From NCBI RefSeq assembly GCF_004102945.1, contig NZ_CP019384.1, forward strand, positions 1,650,001 through 1,682,000: 32,000 bases of DNA. Direction: 5' to 3'. This document shows, one piece after another, positions 22,531 to 31,114 of the stretch. Every line of letters starts with the position of its first letter. Within the stretch, counting starts at the first letter, position 1. Made by a program: the position numbers and the translations under genes. The notes beneath the pieces are model-generated. The model saw nothing but the letters and a program-made list of their open reading frames with translations, was not told the origin of the DNA and made no database searches. Source of the DNA: Candidatus Velamenicoccus archaeovorus. Lineage in GTDB: Bacteria; Omnitrophota; Gorgyraeia; Velamenicoccales; Velamenicoccaceae.

Positions 22531-22597
22531 ATTAGTAAAATTTTACTAATTAAATTTTAGTATGTCAAGAATTATTCTTGTTTTGTTTTCACAAAAC
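22531..22597. promoter_or_regulatory. Three dyad-symmetric operator candidates overlapping the promoter
   Basis: ATTAGTAAAATTTTACTAAT (22531-22550) is a perfect 20-bp palindrome covering the -10 box. CAAGAATTATTCTTG (22566-22580) abuts the -35 box. GTTTTGT-tttc-ACAAAAC lies at 22580-22597. Confidence 0.45.
22540..22568 (-). promoter_or_regulatory. Sigma-70-like promoter candidate for the biosynthetic locus
   Basis: The minus strand reads TTGACA (22568..22563), a 17-nt spacer, then TAAAAT (22545..22540). It sits in an AT-rich gap between the PadR stop and the acyl-CoA ligase start. Confidence 0.5.
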
Positions 22598-22654
22598 CTT
22601 AACTATCATATTTTCAATTAGTTGTGTGGATATCTCTTCAGAAGAAAACTATGG

Positions 22655-23215
22655 CTAAGAGGAATGGGGCCACTCGGGGATATTGATATTCTTATTGGTA
22701 AGCTCCTGGCTGACGTTTTGGATGAACTTTTTTTCAGCGCGCAGAAGCTCCAGATTGTGCTCGACGATGGAATGAAGATGGTAGGACGACTTCACCTGAA
22801 GTTGTTCGGAAAGCTTCCCTAAGGCCTCCTCGACTTTGGAGAGGACCCGTATCCGGCCCTTGAGCCGCCTCAAGGCGACATCCGGCGGCAGATAGGGCAG
22901 AAAATAAAGAGCAACGTCGATACTGAAATTCGGGCGGTCGGCCGTCAAAAGACTTTTCGTCAACAACTGCTGGAAGCGTTCATGCCCTTTGGGCGTCAGG
23001 CTGTAGATGAATTTTTCCGGCCTTGTGCCGCCGGTACTGACCGCCTTCTTGAGATATCCCTTTTTTTCAAGGAGGTTGAGGGAGTAATAGATCGATTCGA
23101 CTTCCAACGCGGCAAACGTGCTGATCACGTCCTTGATCTGTTTTTTGATCTCGTAGCCGTGCCGCGGCTTATCCTCCAAGAGCCCCAGGATGATCAATTC
23201 CTGCTCAATCTTCAT
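22655..23215 (-). CDS. PadR-family transcriptional regulator
   Basis: The N-terminal winged helix LIILGLLEDKPRHGYEIKKQI...ESIYYSLNLLEKKGYL is followed by a C-terminal helical domain. GGAGG lies 10 nt upstream. Confidence 0.85.
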   Translation of the reverse strand: MKIEQELIILGLLEDKPRHGYEIKKQIKDVISTFAALEVESIYYSLNLLEKKGYLKKAVSTGGTRPEKFIYSLTPKGHERFQQLLTKSLLTADRPNFSIDVALYFLPYLPPDVALRRLKGRIRVLSKVEEALGKLSEQLQVKSSYHLHSIVEHNLELLRAEKKFIQNVSQELTNKNINIPEWPHSS

Positions 23216-23355
23216 TCCGTTAGACCTCCGGAAGAAACGGACGCTTCAACAAAAATCATCTTCTTCATAATAACCCGAACTTACATGAAACGAAACGCTC
23301 TCCACAATGCCTAATCCACAAAGAACAGATCCCCCCCTGCCATATCGAAAAAGGG

Positions 23356-24324
23356 CTAACGGGACTCGTGGGCCTCCTCGAGAATTTGCCCCATCGCGCG
23401 GAATTTCTGGTAACGACGGTCAACCAGCTGATCCTCGGAGAGTTTCATGAGTTCGATAAAATATTTTTTCACGCACGCCTTGACATTCTTGGCCGCTTCT
23501 TCGGGATCGCGGTGCGCTCCGCCAAGAGGCTCCTTGACGATCTCGTCGATCACGCCGAACTTCAGAAGGTCTTGGGCCGTCAGCTTCAGGGCCTCGGCCG
23601 CTTCAGGCGCCTTGGTGCTGCTCTTCCAAAGGATTGCGGCGCACCCTTCTGGCGAGATGACCGAGTAATAGGCATTCTCCAGGACGCAGACACGGTCAGC
23701 CACACCGATCCCGAGCGCCCCTCCGGAACCTCCTTCGCCGATAACGACGGCGACGATCGGCGTGCGGATGCCAGACATCATCTTCAAGTTCCAGGCGACA
23801 GCCTGGGCTTGCCCCCTCTCTTCGGCGCCGATCCCGGGATAGGCCCCCGGCGTATCGATAAAAATAAGAATGGGGAGATCGAACTTTTGCGCCAGTTCCA
23901 TGACGCGCAACGCTTTGCGGTAGCCTTCGGGATGCGCGCAGCCGAAAGTACGGACAAGATTCTCCTTGGTGTCGCGCCCCTTCTGATGGCCCATCACGAT
24001 GATCTTTTGTCCGTCGAGCCTGGCAAACCCGCTCACGATGGCGCGGTCGTCGCGGAAAGACCGGTCGCCGTGGATCTCCAGGAAATCCTTGAGGATCAGT
24101 TGAATATAGTCCAGGGTATACGGCCGGTGGGGATGACGCGAGATTTGCACGCGCTGCCAAGGCGTCAATCTGCCGTAGATATCCCTGCGCAGACGCTCGA
24201 GCTTCTCTTCAAGACGCTTGACTTCGCCCGAAAGATCGATGTGCTTTTCTTCGGTGAAGCTTCTGAGCTCACGGATCTTTTTTTCAAGCTCAACGATAGG
24301 CTTTTCAAAATCAAGGGCGATCAT
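23356..24324 (-). CDS. accA: Acetyl-CoA carboxylase carboxyltransferase subunit alpha
   Basis: 322-aa ORF with ISRHPHRPYTLDY, FIDTPGAYPGIGAEERGQ and VIGEGGSGGALG. Confidence 0.93.
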   Translation of the reverse strand: MIALDFEKPIVELEKKIRELRSFTEEKHIDLSGEVKRLEEKLERLRRDIYGRLTPWQRVQISRHPHRPYTLDYIQLILKDFLEIHGDRSFRDDRAIVSGFARLDGQKIIVMGHQKGRDTKENLVRTFGCAHPEGYRKALRVMELAQKFDLPILIFIDTPGAYPGIGAEERGQAQAVAWNLKMMSGIRTPIVAVVIGEGGSGGALGIGVADRVCVLENAYYSVISPEGCAAILWKSSTKAPEAAEALKLTAQDLLKFGVIDEIVKEPLGGAHRDPEEAAKNVKACVKKYFIELMKLSEDQLVDRRYQKFRAMGQILEEAHESR

Positions 24325-24346
24325 AGAAATATCCTTGGAAACCCGT

Positions 24347-25180
24347 TCAGTCGATGATGGTGACTTCGGTATTGACAGGCAAGAGATCGTAGAGTTCCTC
24401 GACCTCCGCGTTGAGCATGCGTACGCATCCTGCCGTCACCTGCTGACCGATGCTTTCGGGTTGCGTCGTGCCGTGGATACCGTAACCGGGAATATCGAAC
24501 CCCATCCAGCGTGTCCCCAGGATATTCTCTGGGCTTTCCGGCGAATAAACCTTGCCGTCGTGCGTCCAGGGAGGATTTTTGAGCTTATTGACGATCTTGA
24601 ACGTCCCGACAGGAGTGATATTGTCCTTGCCCGTAGAGACGCGGTAGGTCTTAACGACGTCCCCGTTACAACGCAGGGTCAAAAGATTCTGGGACTTATC
24701 TACCAGAACGGAAAAACGGCCCGTCCAGATCCTCAACTGCATGCCCGGCCGGATGACATCCGACGTCAGCCCATTCTCCTTTTTGATCATCTCGACGGTC
24801 GTTCGGTATTCATCGGCGATCATGCTCAACGTATCGCCGGCCTTCACCTCCCGCATCACCGTCTCATCCGGCACTTGGATGGCGGACAAGATGATCTTCA
24901 TGTTCACATCTTCAAGCTTCTTTTGCACGGCCTCGATGCCGGGATCGGCCGCATTCTTCAGAAGGATCTCCCGAAAAGCATCCCGGGCCGCCAAGAGCTC
25001 GCCCTTTTGAAACAAACCGTCTGCACGGCGCACATCCTTGTCAAAACTCCCGGCAGATGCGTCGACGGCCGGCTTCTGGCTACCTGAAACAGCAGGCGTT
25101 CCCTTCAGCCTCAAAACGATAAAAACAAGAACCGCAACGGCACAAACGGCGAGCGCCGTCCATAAAATATTTTTTTTCAC
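24347..25180 (-). CDS. LysM domain-containing L,D-transpeptidase (YkuD)
   Basis: N-terminal TM/signal segment, a LysM block VKAGDTLSMIADEYRTTVEMIKKENGL, and a YkuD active site HGT...GCVRM. GTG start at 25180. Confidence 0.85.
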   Translation of the reverse strand: MKKNILWTALAVCAVAVLVFIVLRLKGTPAVSGSQKPAVDASAGSFDKDVRRADGLFQKGELLAARDAFREILLKNAADPGIEAVQKKLEDVNMKIILSAIQVPDETVMREVKAGDTLSMIADEYRTTVEMIKKENGLTSDVIRPGMQLRIWTGRFSVLVDKSQNLLTLRCNGDVVKTYRVSTGKDNITPVGTFKIVNKLKNPPWTHDGKVYSPESPENILGTRWMGFDIPGYGIHGTTQPESIGQQVTAGCVRMLNAEVEELYDLLPVNTEVTIID

Positions 25181-25270
25181 ATCTTCCTCTCAATTTCCCG
25201 CTGAATATGTTTGTCTGGAATTGACCCCGACGCTTCGGTCAGCGCTCTTCCCGGAAGCGAGGGGCCGTTC
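25181..25270 (-). repeat. Element B copy 2 before the LysM/YkuD gene
   Basis: gctgaatatgtttgtctggaattgaccccga matches copy 1 with 2 mismatches. The flanking ctcaatttc and gcgaggggcc are shared, while the central part differs but still forms a stem (CGCTTC/GAAGCG versus CCTC/GAGG). Confidence 0.65.
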
Positions 25271-25376
25271 ACCACCGCACCTACGCATCAAAAATCACTT
25301 CGAGGCTTCTATCCATCTCGAAAAGCAAAAAGCTTCCTTTTCGCAAAGCCATATTCTCGAAATCCCGGAAAATCGC

Positions 25377-25820
25377 TCAATAAATCAACCCCAAGAGGAT
25401 CCCGATAATCGCCCCCATGATGACCTCGATAGGTGTGTGACCGATCAATTCCTTGAGGCGGTCTTCCTCTATTTTTCCCTGCCAATAAATATCGTCCAAT
25501 ATCTTGTTCAGGATAGACGCCTGCTTGCCTGTAGAGCGGCGGACCCCCTGGGCGTCGAACATGGTCACGATCGCAAACACGACGCCCAAAGCAAACAAAG
25601 GAGAATCGAATCCATAATCCGTGCCGATCACGACGGCCAAAGCGCTGGATCCCGCCGAATGGGCCGAAGGCATGCCGCCCGTTCCGATGAACCAGCGAAA
25701 ATCAAACCGCTTGGTCCGCAAAACGCCCAACGCCACCTTGATCGTTTGGGCGGTCAACCACGCCAAAAAAGTCACTATCAGAACGTGATTATGAACGATT
25801 TCATAAATCACAAGTTTCAT
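25377..25820 (-). CDS. Divergent PAP2 (DUF212) family membrane protein
   Basis: 147-aa ORF. GGMPSAHSA and FDAQGVRR are characteristic of the acid phosphatase/vanadium haloperoxidase-related family. Confidence 0.8.
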   Translation of the reverse strand: MKLVIYEIVHNHVLIVTFLAWLTAQTIKVALGVLRTKRFDFRWFIGTGGMPSAHSAGSSALAVVIGTDYGFDSPLFALGVVFAIVTMFDAQGVRRSTGKQASILNKILDDIYWQGKIEEDRLKELIGHTPIEVIMGAIIGILLGLIY

Positions 25821-26524
25821 GCCGGCCCTCCTCCTTGGGGAACAGGGATGACACGGATATCAACCTTATCCAACAACGTTGACTCTCCATCCTTGACCAC
25901 AAATCCCTCGTTCCCCTCCGTGGCCTGGTCTGCAGGAACAGGCGGCGTCACGGCAGGCTTTGGATTCACGACAAGCACCTTCTTCTTGGGCTGCCGGACT
26001 TTTACAGGAGCGACCTTCTTACCCGCCTGTTTATTTTTGGAGGCTGCCCGGCGCGCGGGCTTCTTGCGCAGCGCCGCCATCGCCTTTTTTAATTCCGCGG
26101 CCGAGGAAAGGGTTTTCTTCATCTCCTGGTTCTCAAAAGACACGCGCACATACTGCTCGCTCATTTCCTGATTGCGGGCCTGCAAGAATTCATTAACCCG
26201 GCGGGCCTGCTGGATGATATTCCCAAGAGAATTGATCTTGTTCTTTTGTTCTTCGAGCTCCTGCTTGGCGCGGGCAAGCTTGGAATTCAATAAAACCGCT
26301 TCATTTTCCAATTGGGTATTCTTCTGGTACGTCTCAGTCAGAAGCGTCCTGGTCTGATTCAATCCCAATTGGGTGGCGGACAATTCGATCTGAAGACGCC
26401 CCAACTGCTCAAATAAATAGCTGTTTTTGTGCATCAGGGCCAAGGACTGATATAACCCAAAGATCGAGAAACCCGCCAACAACGCGATGATCCCTGTTTT
26501 AATCCTGTTATTCACGACACACAA
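25817..26524 (-). CDS. Membrane-anchored coiled-coil protein with a Lys/Pro-rich linker, unknown function
   Basis: 235-aa ORF with an N-terminal TM segment (IIALLAGFSIFG), a long heptad-like Q/E/L/N region, then a KKPARRAASKNKQAGKK tract. Its stop overlaps the downstream start as ATGA. Confidence 0.6.
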   Translation of the reverse strand: MCVVNNRIKTGIIALLAGFSIFGLYQSLALMHKNSYLFEQLGRLQIELSATQLGLNQTRTLLTETYQKNTQLENEAVLLNSKLARAKQELEEQKNKINSLGNIIQQARRVNEFLQARNQEMSEQYVRVSFENQEMKKTLSSAAELKKAMAALRKKPARRAASKNKQAGKKVAPVKVRQPKKKVLVVNPKPAVTPPVPADQATEGNEGFVVKDGESTLLDKVDIRVIPVPQGGGPA

Positions 26525-26844
26525 TCCCTCCGGCCGTTCTTGACAAAAAAGAAGGCACGTGATAGGATACCCTCTGTTCTAATCCTTCCCCCGCCCCGTT
26601 CCCTCAAAGGACCAAATCCAGCAGTTCATACGTTCGCCGCCCAGGCAATCATTCAAGGCAGTCACAAAGGCGGCTCGGCATCAATCTGTGGCAAACTTCG
26701 ACCTGAAGGCCGAGGTCGTCGTAGGTTGATTATAATTGCATCCTCTTTAAAAATCAAGCGGATTTACCCCGTTACAGGCAGAAAACGCTCGACTTACGAA
26801 ACTTCAACACGTTGTCCCTGGCGGGGTTTAGCCTCTATCAAAAA

Positions 26845-28401
26845 ATGCTTGCCAAGACGCATACATTGGGTCTTATCGGCCTGGATGCCCATCCCGTAGA
26901 CATCGAGGTCGATGTCGCCAACGGCCTGCCGCAGACGACCATTGTCGGCCTTCCTGATTCAGCCATCAAGGAAAGCAAGGAGCGTGTCCGTTCAGGGATA
27001 AAGAACAGCGGTTTCCGTTACCCGGCCGACAAGATCACGGTCAGCCTGGCCCCGGCGGACATCAAAAAGGAAGGCGCCCTTTATGATCTCCCTATCGCCA
27101 TGGGAATCCTGGCCGCCTCAAAACAGATCCAGCCTGCATTGCTCGAAGAATATTGGTTTGCCGCCGAACTTGCACTGGACGGCCGCCTGCGGCCCGTCAA
27201 GGGCATTCTGGCCATGGCCCAAGCCCTTTCAATACACAGAATAAAAAAACTTGTCCTTCCTGCTGCCAACGCCCCTGAAGCAGCTCTCGTGGAAGGCATC
27301 CAGGTCTTCGGTTTCAAAACGCTTAGGGATCTCATAGAAGGTCTCCACAACCCGGAAACCCTCAAGCCGTTCCGAAACCCCGTGGCCTGCGCTGCTCGTC
27401 ATGACGCCGGCGACGAACCGGATTTTGCGGATGTCAAAGGCCAATTCCTGGCCAAGCGGGCCATGGAAATCGCCGCCGCTGGCGGGCACAACATCCTCTT
27501 GGTCGGGCCGCCGGGAAGCGGAAAAACCATGCTGGCAAGGCGGCTGCCCGGCATCCTTCCGGAGATGACCGCACACGAATCGCTGGAAATCACAAAAATC
27601 CATTCTGTCGCCGGTTACGCCCCGCCCGGATCCCCCCTGCTTCGCCAAAGGCCGTTCCGCGCGCCCCACCACACGATCTCCGACGTGGCCCTGGCCGGAG
27701 GAGGATCCAATCCCCAGCCCGGCGAAATCAGCCTCGCCCACAACGGCGTCCTCTTCCTTGACGAACTTCCGGAATTCCACCGCAACGCCCTGGAGATCCT
27801 GCGCCAGCCCCTCGAAGAAGGCTGCATCCGGATCGCCAGGGCTCAGAGGTCCTTGAATTTCCCGGCGCGCTTCATGCTGATCGCCGCGATGAATCCCTGC
27901 CCCTGCGGGTATTACACCGACCCGGTACGTCCTTGCCGTTGTTCCCAAAGTAAAATCCATCAGTACCTTGGAAAGATCTCGGGTCCATTATTGGACAGGA
28001 TCGACATCCATGTGGAAGTCCCTGCCATCAAATACCAGGAATTAAGCGACAATACTCCTGCGGAAAGCTCGGCGCAGATAAAAGAAAGAGTGAATAAAGC
28101 CAGGGCCGTCCAGGAAGCGCGCTTTTCCGCTGGCGAGGGCCGAGACGGCAAAAAAGACGGCATCTTATCCAACGCGCAGATGTCACACCGGCAGACCCGA
28201 AGATATTGCGCCCTCGGAAAAGAAGAAAGCGAGCTGCTCCGGACGGCAATGAACAACTTTCACTTGAGCGCCAGGGCCTTTGACAAAATACTGAAAATCT
28301 CAAGGACGATTGCGGATCTGACAGGATCCCAGGATATCACGACACAGCATCTCTCGGAAGCCATCCATTATCGTTCGCTGGACAGGGGATTCTTCCTGTA
28401 G
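26845..28401 (+). CDS. YifB/ComM family Mg-chelatase-like AAA ATPase
   Basis: Walker A GPPGSGKTM, Walker B LFLDELPEF and a C-terminal ChlI-like region. I prefer the ATG at 26845 (MLAKTHTLGLIG, the typical family N-terminus) over the TTG at 26812. Confidence 0.9.
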   Translation: MLAKTHTLGLIGLDAHPVDIEVDVANGLPQTTIVGLPDSAIKESKERVRSGIKNSGFRYPADKITVSLAPADIKKEGALYDLPIAMGILAASKQIQPALLEEYWFAAELALDGRLRPVKGILAMAQALSIHRIKKLVLPAANAPEAALVEGIQVFGFKTLRDLIEGLHNPETLKPFRNPVACAARHDAGDEPDFADVKGQFLAKRAMEIAAAGGHNILLVGPPGSGKTMLARRLPGILPEMTAHESLEITKIHSVAGYAPPGSPLLRQRPFRAPHHTISDVALAGGGSNPQPGEISLAHNGVLFLDELPEFHRNALEILRQPLEEGCIRIARAQRSLNFPARFMLIAAMNPCPCGYYTDPVRPCRCSQSKIHQYLGKISGPLLDRIDIHVEVPAIKYQELSDNTPAESSAQIKERVNKARAVQEARFSAGEGRDGKKDGILSNAQMSHRQTRRYCALGKEESELLRTAMNNFHLSARAFDKILKISRTIADLTGSQDITTQHLSEAIHYRSLDRGFFL

Positions 28402-28468
28402 GGCCCCGCCGGCCATCCGGAGCCCCGCGGACCTGCCCGGGCGGGCAGGAAATTCTGACAAACGGGAT

Positions 28469-28846
28469 TCAGCGGATATTCTCGTCGATCACTTCGATCA
28501 GCTGTTTGATATCGACGGGCTTGGCCACAAAAAGATGGCCGCCGATAATGCCCCCTCTCTGCACCACTTCCTCCTTGCCGACGACGGCGGTCAAAAAAAC
28601 GACGGGGATGTCTTTTGTCTCATCATCCTCCCTCATCTGGGCGGCCACTTCGCTGCCCATGAGATCCGGCATCAGGACATCCATTAAGACCAGATCCGGC
28701 TTAAAAGACTTTGCCGCCGACAGCGCCGCCGTCCCACGGCTTTCCGCCCTGACCTCAAATCTTCCGGTCTGCTCAAGATTCAGCCTGATCAGCTTCGCAA
28801 AATCCGCTTCGTCATCGATCACCAATATTCTTTTTTTCTTTTTCAT
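28469..28846 (-). CDS. Single-domain response regulator receiver (CheY-like)
   Basis: 125-aa ORF with ILVIDDE, the phospho-acceptor context LVLMDVLMP, and the conserved K in AKP. Confidence 0.88.
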   Translation of the reverse strand: MKKKKRILVIDDEADFAKLIRLNLEQTGRFEVRAESRGTAALSAAKSFKPDLVLMDVLMPDLMGSEVAAQMREDDETKDIPVVFLTAVVGKEEVVQRGGIIGGHLFVAKPVDIKQLIEVIDENIR

Positions 28847-28896
28847 GCCGCGGCTCCTTTCCGATCACCTTATCGCTGCCTCGCGCTCTCTTTGCA

Positions 28897-31059
28897 TTAT
28901 GCTCTTTCGGCCAGCTTCAAGATCAATGTTATCTTAGTCCCCTTTCCCTCGACGCTTTCTGCATGTACCAGCCCCCGGTGCATATGGATAATGTTTCTCG
29001 TAACGGACAGCCCCAACCCCGACCCCTTCTGGCCTTTCGTCGTAAAAAACGGATCGAAGATCCTTTTCAGGTTCTCCTCGGGGATGCCGCAGCCCGTGTC
29101 TTCGATCTCTACGACCGCCGCCAATTCTCCAAAATAAAAACTGTCTTGCGCCCTTTTACCGATGCCGTTCCTGATCTCTTCGAGTTTTTTGTCATAGCTG
29201 CGCACGGTGATGCTGCCGCCCTGGGGCATGGCCTGGACTGCATTCAGGAGAACATTGATAAAAACCTGCTCCAGCCTGTTCTTGTCCGCCAGGACCAAGG
29301 GCATATCTTTCTTGAGTTCTTTAATGATAAGAATATTGTCGAATCTGGACCTGGTCCTGACCAGATCCAGAGAACTCTCAATGATCAAATTCACGTCTGC
29401 AGGCGTGAGATTCAGATGCGCGGCCCTGGAAAAATCAAGCATGTCATTGATGATCTTGTCCGCCCTCTTGATGTTCTCCCGCAGTATCGCCAGGACCTCG
29501 AAAATATCCCCCGAGGAGGGAGATGTCTTGATCTCAAGATAGTCAATGCCCTGCAGGATGATCGCCAGAGGGTTCCTGACCTCGTGCGCCACGCCGCTGG
29601 CCAGCTGGCCCACGGCGTTCAATTTCTCGGCCTGGATCAGCTGTTCCTGTATTTCTTTGAGCCTGATATACGCTTCTTTGAGTTCGTCTTCGGCCTTTTT
29701 GCGCTCGGTAATGTCTGTGTCCACGCCGCGGTATCCGAAAAAACGGCCCTTTTCGTCGATGATCGGAGAACCGCTCGTATCCAACCAAACGATATGGCCG
29801 TCTTTATGCATATTCCGGTTGATAAAATTCTTGAATGATCTCCGGGCCCCGATAGCCTCCCAGGCCTGCTTTCTCAGGCGCTCCCTGTCTTCGAGAACAA
29901 ATAAATCGTAAAAATACTTCTTGCCGACAATCTCATCCGGCCGATAACCAAGGATCTTTTCGACGATGGCGCTGGAATACGTATAGAGACCGTCGCTGTC
30001 CAACTCCCAGATCCACTCCTCGGCGGCAGCGGCCACCTGCTGGAACCTCTTTTCCGCCTTATTGCGCTCGATGATTTCCCTGACCAAATCCTCTTTCTGC
30101 CTGAAAAATCTGGATATCAACCGCGATATGTCCCCGAACTCACTGGTGTCTTTTTCCAAAGGGCGAAGGTAAACGGCGTTCTCTTTTTTCAATGCCTGGG
30201 AAATAAACCCAAAAGGCCTGCTGAGCATCATCATCATGAATGCCGTGATGACGACGATAATAATAACGAGGAAATAAATAAACGTCGCTGTGACATTCCG
30301 GGAGAATCGTTTGTAAATGTCCAGTTCCGCGGAATGGATACTGACATAAAGATATGCCGCCGGCCCTCCCCGCCAATCGAGAAGCTCCTTTGAAAAAATA
30401 ATCATATTGGTATCCAAAAGGGTCTTGGAATCAGGGATCGCCGGTTTCATCCGGTCGATAACGATCTCGCCGCCGATCAGCTCCGAGAGATCGTCGAGAA
30501 AACCCTGGTTCCAGAGGCGGCCGGCAAAAAAATACCCCTGGGGAGGCGTCTGTCTTTCCGGGTCTGCTGTCGGATGAATGGTGGCGCCCCGGATTTCCAT
30601 CAGGCCTGCGCCTGTATACACAAAAAAATGACACAGCCGCTTTTTTGAAAAAATGTCCTTAATGATCTCGACGGAAAAAGGAAGGTCCTTGAGGCCGGAG
30701 GCGTTTTCGCTCTGAATGGAATACGCCCGAGAAAGATCCGGGCGATACACCCATATCGCGTCCGCCTGATATGTCCCCAGGGCGGTTTCATCCATATTCT
30801 GCCTGGCCCATGCCATGTCCTTGTTGCCGCGGACAAAACCCACCATGTCATCCCAATAGGTATAATCGACGGACAAACTTTTCAGGTTGGCGCCCTTGAG
30901 AATGATCAGCTTGTTGAAATAAATCTTCTTTTCTTCGCTGCTCTGCTGAAACAGAAGATAAACGCGTTCATTTTCAAAGGTCTGGTGCAGATGCCTTGCG
31001 GCGAGCAGTATGACGGCGAGAAACAACAACAGCGAGGTTAATTTTGTCTGGACTCTCAT
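28897..31059 (-). CDS. Sensor histidine kinase (CHASE4-like periplasmic domain, PAS, HisKA, HATPase_c)
   Basis: 720-aa ORF with two TM segments flanking a YTYWDDMVGFV CHASE4-like region. A PAS block and coiled linker follow, then H-box HEVRNPL, N-box NAVQA and G-boxes DTGCGI/GSGLGL. Confidence 0.88.
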   Translation of the reverse strand: MRVQTKLTSLLLFLAVILLAARHLHQTFENERVYLLFQQSSEEKKIYFNKLIILKGANLKSLSVDYTYWDDMVGFVRGNKDMAWARQNMDETALGTYQADAIWVYRPDLSRAYSIQSENASGLKDLPFSVEIIKDIFSKKRLCHFFVYTGAGLMEIRGATIHPTADPERQTPPQGYFFAGRLWNQGFLDDLSELIGGEIVIDRMKPAIPDSKTLLDTNMIIFSKELLDWRGGPAAYLYVSIHSAELDIYKRFSRNVTATFIYFLVIIIVVITAFMMMMLSRPFGFISQALKKENAVYLRPLEKDTSEFGDISRLISRFFRQKEDLVREIIERNKAEKRFQQVAAAAEEWIWELDSDGLYTYSSAIVEKILGYRPDEIVGKKYFYDLFVLEDRERLRKQAWEAIGARRSFKNFINRNMHKDGHIVWLDTSGSPIIDEKGRFFGYRGVDTDITERKKAEDELKEAYIRLKEIQEQLIQAEKLNAVGQLASGVAHEVRNPLAIILQGIDYLEIKTSPSSGDIFEVLAILRENIKRADKIINDMLDFSRAAHLNLTPADVNLIIESSLDLVRTRSRFDNILIIKELKKDMPLVLADKNRLEQVFINVLLNAVQAMPQGGSITVRSYDKKLEEIRNGIGKRAQDSFYFGELAAVVEIEDTGCGIPEENLKRIFDPFFTTKGQKGSGLGLSVTRNIIHMHRGLVHAESVEGKGTKITLILKLAERA

Positions 31060-31114
31060 GGTCTCATGTCCCCTTGATGATCTCTATCGCCCCTGTGCGT
31101 CTCATGCATCCTAT

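Noticed and set aside
23368-25087. Plus-strand ORFs 23368-24357 and 24218-25087
   Set aside because: They are antisense to accA and the LysM/YkuD gene and carry no motifs.
25038-26171. 377-aa plus-strand ORF
   Set aside because: It crosses three minus-strand genes and an intergenic repeat, and has low-complexity composition.
26540-26568. TTGACA-17-TAGGAT on the plus strand, about 280 nt upstream of the ComM/YifB gene
   Set aside because: The -35 box is perfect but the -10 box is weak, and the distance to the gene is long. I could not identify any ncRNA in 26570-26810. It is too uncertain to list as a feature.
27229-27960. 243-aa minus-strand ORF inside the ComM/YifB gene
   Set aside because: It is antisense to a gene with clear Walker A and B motifs and has no motif of its own.
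28402-28468. Hairpin CCTGCC-cgggcg-GGCAGG between the convergent ComM and receiver genes
   Set aside because: The stem is short and has no adjacent U-tract on either strand, so a terminator call is not justified.
28963-29838. 291-aa plus-strand ORF inside the histidine kinase gene
   Set aside because: It is antisense to the HisKA/HATPase region and has shadow-frame composition.
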